NCBI GenBank assembly: GCA_977020255.1
Contig: CDROCS010000410.1
Location: 558,001-622,000, forward strand
Direction: 5' to 3'
Length of the DNA: 64,000 nucleotides
DNA from: Obrimoposthia wandeli
Lineage: Eukaryota
Positions 58,752 to 64,000 of this stretch are shown here, one piece after another (positions within the stretch are counted from its first letter, which is position 1; each line of letters starts with the position of its first letter). The notes beneath the pieces are model-generated. The model was not told the origin of the DNA. It was given only the letters and a program-made list of their open reading frames with translations, and searched no databases. Both the position numbers and the translations under genes were made by a program.

Positions 58752-60650
58752 TTATAAAATGTATTGACGCGTAAAGTCATCAACATGTACCGGTCTACCA
58801 AAATGATAACCTTGGTAAATATGCCCACCCGCGTTTTCAATAAAGTTAGCTTGGACTTTATCTTCGATACCTTCTGCAACCACTTTAAGATCAAACGCAT
58901 TAGCCATAGATATAATCGCAGTCACTAAATGCTGATTAACTGACGATGTTTCAAGGTTAGTAATGAAACTACGGTCAATTTTCACCGTACTAAACGGGAA
59001 ACGATGAATATAGCTCAACGATGAATAACCCGTACCAAAGTCATCTAAGGCAATTCTGATCCCCAATGCATCAATACGTCTTAATACTTGTAAGACACCA
59101 TCTTGATTTCCTAAAAATACATTTTCAGTAATTTCGATTTCCAGCGATGTCGCTTTAACACTATGGGTTTCTAGTAAGGCTTCAATCGTATCAACTAACA
59201 TTGGATCGGCAAGTTGTAATGGTGAGATATTCACCGCGACAAAGAAGTCATCGTTACCAGACTCCTGCCAACTAGCAAGTTGCTTAATCGCGCTGCGCAA
59301 CACAAAATAACCGATTTCAATCATCATCCCCGACTCTTCGGCAACAGGAATAAATTGATCTGGTCCCACAAAGCCTAACAGTGGATTATGCCAGCGCAAT
59401 AATGCTTCAGCGCCAATTAGCTTTTCATTCGCCACATCAAACAATGGTTGATAGTGCAGGCTTAATTCCTTGTTAGGCAATGCATGCATTAATTGTGATT
59501 CGAGCTGGAATCTATCCATCAACTCGGCTTTTAACGAGGCATCATAAACCTGATAATCACGATTATGCAATTGACATTCAGAGGCTGAAACGCTGGTATT
59601 GTGCATCAATTCTAAGAAGTTTGTACCGTGTTCCGGGTAAATAGAGATCCCCATACAGCGTGTCAGCTTAACTCTCTGGCCAGAAAACGAAACTGTTTCA
59701 TTAAGCCCTGAAATTAAATCATTAATGATAACCATTAATTCATTACTAAGATCATCATTACGTTGTTGATAAATTATGGCAAAATCGTCATCTGACAACA
59801 AAGCCAAGTAAGTATCTACGGGACACAACTGTCTTAATTTATCAGCAATATAACAGGTTATTTTTTGCGAATACTCTAAGCCTAAATTATTACGAATTTG
59901 CGTTAAGTTAGTAATACGTAAATGCACTAACGCCGCACGTTTGTCACTAGTAATAATATTCGCGTTAAACTGCTTTTCTAATTCATGAATATTAGGAAAA
60001 CCAGTAAGGTCATGACTGTATTTTTGATGTTCTATAATTTGTTCTGCGGCTGCATATTTAGCTAACGCTTTAGTTAATTTTAAATTAACTTGTTCAAGCT
60101 CTGCAGTCCTGTGTTTCACTTTCTCTTCTAAAATATGCTGTTGGTATAAGATCGTAAGACTATTTTCGACCATTTTCTTAAATAAGATTAACAGTTGGCG
60201 TTCTGAATCTGTATAACCATTCTCTTTACTATCAAGCATACAGATTGTCCCAAACACTTTACCTGTTGGCCAATTAATCGGTAATCCACAATATGAAATA
60301 AGTCCTAATTTAGCATCTGGATTATCGCACCAACGTTTGGATTTTAACGCATTTTCGACAATGAGTATTTGTTGTGAATCAATCACTGTTTTACACATTA
60401 AGTTGCCGCTTAACGATTCAACATCACCGACATTAAAAGGATTTTGTTGATGAGTATTAGTCACACAAACGTCTATCGTTTCTGACTGTAATCGCATAAT
60501 AAGTGATGTTGGTATCGAGGCTATATCCGCAATATGTTCAATCAGTCCTTGCCAGTTTTCTAGCATTTCAATAGGGATATCAAGATCGCTATAATTCTCA
60601 CTTTCCATGTTCACATAGACCCTTTCAACATGACTAAAAATACAGTTCAT
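58752..60650 (-). CDS. GAF + degenerate GGDEF + EAL protein (probable c-di-GMP phosphodiesterase)
   Basis: GAF (YCGLPI.WPTG.VFGTIC.LD); GGDEF position reads SDDDF; GAEALLRW, EITE, DDFGTGYSS, AEGIE. Confidence 0.9.
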   Translation of the reverse strand: MNCIFSHVERVYVNMESENYSDLDIPIEMLENWQGLIEHIADIASIPTSLIMRLQSETIDVCVTNTHQQNPFNVGDVESLSGNLMCKTVIDSQQILIVENALKSKRWCDNPDAKLGLISYCGLPINWPTGKVFGTICMLDSKENGYTDSERQLLILFKKMVENSLTILYQQHILEEKVKHRTAELEQVNLKLTKALAKYAAAEQIIEHQKYSHDLTGFPNIHELEKQFNANIITSDKRAALVHLRITNLTQIRNNLGLEYSQKITCYIADKLRQLCPVDTYLALLSDDDFAIIYQQRNDDLSNELMVIINDLISGLNETVSFSGQRVKLTRCMGISIYPEHGTNFLELMHNTSVSASECQLHNRDYQVYDASLKAELMDRFQLESQLMHALPNKELSLHYQPLFDVANEKLIGAEALLRWHNPLLGFVGPDQFIPVAEESGMMIEIGYFVLRSAIKQLASWQESGNDDFFVAVNISPLQLADPMLVDTIEALLETHSVKATSLEIEITENVFLGNQDGVLQVLRRIDALGIRIALDDFGTGYSSLSYIHRFPFSTVKIDRSFITNLETSSVNQHLVTAIISMANAFDLKVVAEGIEDKVQANFIENAGGHIYQGYHFGRPVHVDDFTRQYIL

Positions 60651-60981
60651 TATTAAGCTTCATTTTACAATCTAATTAATATTAAAATCAAAATATTAAA
60701 TGAGTTAAACATCAAAAAAAGACAACCTGACTACTCTCTTTAAAAAAATAGCTGTATGCATATTTATCTTTATATAACTTTAATATTTACTCTCGAGCCT
60801 CGTTCCTTAAATAGTACCGTAGAGAATTCGTCAGGTCGAGCGCGACTAAGTAATAACCAAATACAGCACAGGTGCCGCTTATCTTCTATCAGATTCAAAA
60901 CACTTAAACTATCAATTTAGACCACAAAATAAAGAGAGATAGGCCATACTATAATGAACAAAACAAAATGGATTAAATACG

Positions 60982-62763
60982 ATGAAACGGATTTTAATGA
61001 CAGGCGTGATAGTGGTGGCAGCGGCGGCAACAGCTGGTTATTTTGTCACTCAAAACACAACTTCAAATAAACACTCGGTGCTAAATTATATTCCGGAAAA
61101 TACCCCACTATTCTCTGGTCAATTAACTCCCTTCCCTATCAAGACTTACATTAATACGATCGCCGATACTTACAGCACACCACCTGATGAAATAATCAAT
61201 TCTATATATGCCAGTGAGAATTATGATCCAGACAACAGCAAAGTAAATTTTTTCTTAGCATTAACCCAGCATTACCTCGCTAGCATGCAAGATGCAGATA
61301 CCTTTATGACAACGTTTGGCCTTGCAGAAGAGCTACAGGCTTACTTTTACACTCTCGGTATTATTCCAGTATTCAAAATAGATGTGGTCAACCCTGATGC
61401 AATATGGGCACTATTAGATAAAGCAGAGGCAGAAAGTGGCTTCACTCATGAACTACGACAAATAAAACAACGTGATTATCGCGTCTATCAACTGACAGAT
61501 GACACGAATACAGATACAGATAAAATAAACTTAGAATTGATTATTAGCCAACATGATAGCCTATTGACCATTACCTTAAATAGCGGATTGAATGATCCCT
61601 TACTGCTGGAAAATGCATTAGGGCTAACGCCAGTGAAACAATCACTAGCCGATTCTGACTCACTCAATCTGCTCATTAAAAAACATGATTTTACAGAACA
61701 ATCAATCGGCTACATAAACCACCAAGCAATCATTCAAGCAATCACAAGCCCTGAAGACAGCTTACTCGGCCAGCATATCGCTAAGTTAATGACGCTACAA
61801 ACTGAAGATCCTCTGCAGATCTACCAACAGCCTAATTGTAAAGCGGAGCTAACCAGTATTGCCCACAACTGGCCACGTACGGTATTTGGCTTTAAGCAAT
61901 TTGATATAAACGACGATAATGCCACGTTTGATATGTCGATGGTGATCGAGAGTAATAACCAGACTATACTCACAGCACTAACACAGATGACAGGGTTTAT
62001 ACCCGAATACGTCAGCGATTTAAATAACACGGTGCTAGCCCTAGGTATTGGCATTGATGTTGGCAGTTTATCACCCGCAATCAGTAGCCTATGGAATGAG
62101 TTACAACAGCCTAGCTATACCTGCCCACCACTACAGCAGGCACAATCAGTGATCCAACAGAATAATCCGGCCATGCTTGGTGTTATGACGGCAATGGCCA
62201 ATGGCATTAAGGGGATTTCGGGGGCTGTGATGGATTACAGCTTAGATGAAAGTCAAACTGAGCTAGCGATTAAGAGTTTAGATGCGATCATCAGCTTATC
62301 GGCCGATGATCCAAGAGCACTCTATAATATTATCGCTACTTTTAGGCCTGAACTGGCCGGCGTGAAATTACCAGCAAACGGTATCATAGTTGAACTGTCA
62401 TCATTAATCCCAATCACTCCCATACCTGGAATCAATCCTAAGCTGATCATGCATAAAGAACACATGGTTATTTTTAACGGTGATAACGCTGAAAAAGTAG
62501 CGGTAGAACTGGGTAATAAACCTATTACAGCAACAGGTATTTACAGCCTCTCAATCAATTATAGTAAAGCATTTACCCCCTTGGTAACTGCTGCTGAACT
62601 CAGTGGCCAAGAAGTACCACAAGAATTGAAAGATATGCAGGATTATAATTTACGCTTGAACACCGGTTTACAGATCAATGAACTCGGTATTGAAACAAGG
62701 TCGTATGTTGATTTGAAATCGAACCCGACGGCGACAACAAGTACCACAACGACTACGCCTTAA
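60982..62763 (+). CDS. Membrane-anchored or exported hypothetical protein, 593 aa
   Basis: N-terminal hydrophobic anchor; long intact ORF; Thr-rich tail. Confidence 0.8.
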   Translation: MKRILMTGVIVVAAAATAGYFVTQNTTSNKHSVLNYIPENTPLFSGQLTPFPIKTYINTIADTYSTPPDEIINSIYASENYDPDNSKVNFFLALTQHYLASMQDADTFMTTFGLAEELQAYFYTLGIIPVFKIDVVNPDAIWALLDKAEAESGFTHELRQIKQRDYRVYQLTDDTNTDTDKINLELIISQHDSLLTITLNSGLNDPLLLENALGLTPVKQSLADSDSLNLLIKKHDFTEQSIGYINHQAIIQAITSPEDSLLGQHIAKLMTLQTEDPLQIYQQPNCKAELTSIAHNWPRTVFGFKQFDINDDNATFDMSMVIESNNQTILTALTQMTGFIPEYVSDLNNTVLALGIGIDVGSLSPAISSLWNELQQPSYTCPPLQQAQSVIQQNNPAMLGVMTAMANGIKGISGAVMDYSLDESQTELAIKSLDAIISLSADDPRALYNIIATFRPELAGVKLPANGIIVELSSLIPITPIPGINPKLIMHKEHMVIFNGDNAEKVAVELGNKPITATGIYSLSINYSKAFTPLVTAAELSGQEVPQELKDMQDYNLRLNTGLQINELGIETRSYVDLKSNPTATTSTTTTTP

Positions 62764-62794
62764 AAATTAAGTCTTAAAAATTAAGTCTTAAAAA
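62759..62794 (+). repeat. 14-bp tandem repeat (about 2.6 copies) containing the stop codon
   Basis: (CTTAAAAATTAAGT)2 followed by CTTAAAAA. Confidence 0.85.
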
Positions 62795-62822
62795 CCAAGC
62801 CTATATTTATTTTTTAAACGAT

Positions 62823-62858
62823 AAACCGACTTTTACAATGAATAGAAGTCGGTTTTTT
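62823..62858 (+). terminator. Rho-independent terminator
   Basis: AAACCGACTT/AAGTCGGTTTTTT. Confidence 0.8.
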
Positions 62859-62980
62859 GTAAGCGCTAGTAAGAGAAACATATTTACACCTGCCACTATG
62901 TTACCTTCCGCACGTATATTATTCTTTATACAAAACACGTTAATAATAAACATCAATAGTAACAATAATGGAAGTTGAAA

Positions 62981-63238
62981 ATGATTGTATTCACGATAGC
63001 GTCGGTTAGTTCGCTCTGTGGTTTGCTTAAAAATACCCCTAAAAACCAAATAACAGACGTATTTTTTGATGACGGTACTCAGCATCATAAAATAACTGAA
63101 TTTTCCCCTGTAGAACAATGCTTTGATGTGAATGGTATGTACCAAACACACACTGTCGGATATACGATTAATTTAGCGAATGGAAGTGCGGTAATACTCG
63201 ATATTAACGGGGAATTACTGAGTACGGTGCCGGTTTAA
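62981..63238 (+). CDS. Small hypothetical protein, about 85 aa
   Basis: ATG at 62981 after GGAAG; followed by a hairpin at 63258-63292. Confidence 0.5.
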   Translation: MIVFTIASVSSLCGLLKNTPKNQITDVFFDDGTQHHKITEFSPVEQCFDVNGMYQTHTVGYTINLANGSAVILDINGELLSTVPV

Positions 63239-63333
63239 AACCGTATTTAGGTAATATAAATTGAGGGGCAATGTAAAGTCGCACCTCAATTTACAGTTCC
63301 ACATTACAGCATCATAATCTCATTAATCGCGTA

Positions 63334-63966
63334 CTAGAATAATTCAACTCTACGATTTTGCTTACGACCTTCGGCATTACGGTTATCTTCTAAAGGCTTA
63401 TCTTCACCTTCACTTATTGCGTTTAATACTTCTTCTGAAAGCCCATTTTCAATTAAATATTGTTTCGTCTTAATCGCTCTCTGCATACCAAGCTCACGAT
63501 TATATTTACTATTACCAACGCTATCGGTATGACCTACAAGCTCAACCATACCTCCATTCACTTTTAAGCGATTAACTACTTTGTTTAATATCGAGATGGA
63601 TTCAGGTGTTAATGTATAACGATCAAAGTCAAAATATACACGAGCGATTAACTCTTTATCAACGGATGCACTCATTGATAACAGCCTCATCGCATCAAGG
63701 AATTCCATACATTGGCTATCTATTCCGACTTTCTCTGTACGTTTTGCTAACTCCAACTTTAACTCGTTGTCATCAACGGACTGTTCTATTTGTAGATAAC
63801 CATTACGATGGTAGCCAATAGCGGTCACCTGTTCGATGCTCACCGATTGACTGGTAGTATGGTTTTCTTCTCCACAATATTTCACTAATAATTGATTAAC
63901 ATTACTTTCTGCGTTTACAGTCGCAACATTGAAACATGCTAATAATAACAATATATTTTTTTTCAT
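63334..63966 (-). CDS. Exported OmpA-C domain (peptidoglycan-binding) protein
   Basis: Signal peptide; VYFDFD, VGHTDSVG...YN..LG.QRA, GE.KP, NRRVE. Confidence 0.9.
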   Translation of the reverse strand: MKKNILLLLACFNVATVNAESNVNQLLVKYCGEENHTTSQSVSIEQVTAIGYHRNGYLQIEQSVDDNELKLELAKRTEKVGIDSQCMEFLDAMRLLSMSASVDKELIARVYFDFDRYTLTPESISILNKVVNRLKVNGGMVELVGHTDSVGNSKYNRELGMQRAIKTKQYLIENGLSEEVLNAISEGEDKPLEDNRNAEGRKQNRRVELF

Positions 63967-64000
63967 TTTAATTTAAAACCTTCTCATAGCTTAGTTTAAA

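Noticed and set aside
62807-63151. 114-aa minus-strand ORF
   Set aside because: It overlaps a terminator and the plus-strand ORF, has composition typical of AT-rich shadow frames and no SD.
1983-63821. Many 60-165 aa ORFs in the track lying antisense to or out of frame within confident genes (e.g. 4135-4422, 11459-11794, 17770-18177, 57459-57953)
   Set aside because: They are shadow ORFs of long coding regions, with no independent SD, promoter or motif support.
1-64000. tRNA, rRNA, IS elements, prophage or anti-phage defence genes
   Set aside because: No cloverleaf, rRNA signature, transposase, terminal inverted repeat, integrase or recognisable defence-domain motif was found.

Overview
AT-rich (about 40% GC by eye) chromosomal segment of a marine gammaproteobacterium. 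A Moritella-like organism is my inference from gene style, not a database result. I see no rRNA, tRNA, CRISPR array, IS or prophage. Left to right: dnaX (runs off the left edge), apt, dusC; a LysR-divergent catabolic operon (RidA, aldehyde dehydrogenase, metal-site-degenerate M19 amidohydrolase, BCCT transporter, 574-aa unknown protein, DUF3726) that looks like a pathway for an N-methylated betaine-type compound such as homarine; SPFH/NfeD, yihG, tctCBA with a CitA/CitB-type two-component system, aer, LysR/antiporter and small enzymes; a small accessory patch with a GC-rich GspG/pilin-like gene that carries a Sec signal peptide instead of a prepilin leader; arsR-acr3-gapdh-arsJ preceded by a 16-bp repeat array; two hydrolases, ynjBCD-ynjF; an H-NOX/hybrid kinase pair next to MarR, cytochrome b and cytochrome c-prime; a stand-alone RibD deaminase domain, LpxL, an M14 peptidase, pncA, a CRP-site-preceded repeat lipoprotein, ackA, tcyP, a GAF-(degenerate GGDEF)-EAL protein, two hypotheticals and an OmpA-domain protein. 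The strongest candidates for undescribed biology are the 3.6-12.1 kb catabolic cluster (especially its 574-aa protein), the signal-peptide pseudopilin and the putative NO-sensing/NO-handling neighbourhood. All family calls come from motif recognition; no searches were run.
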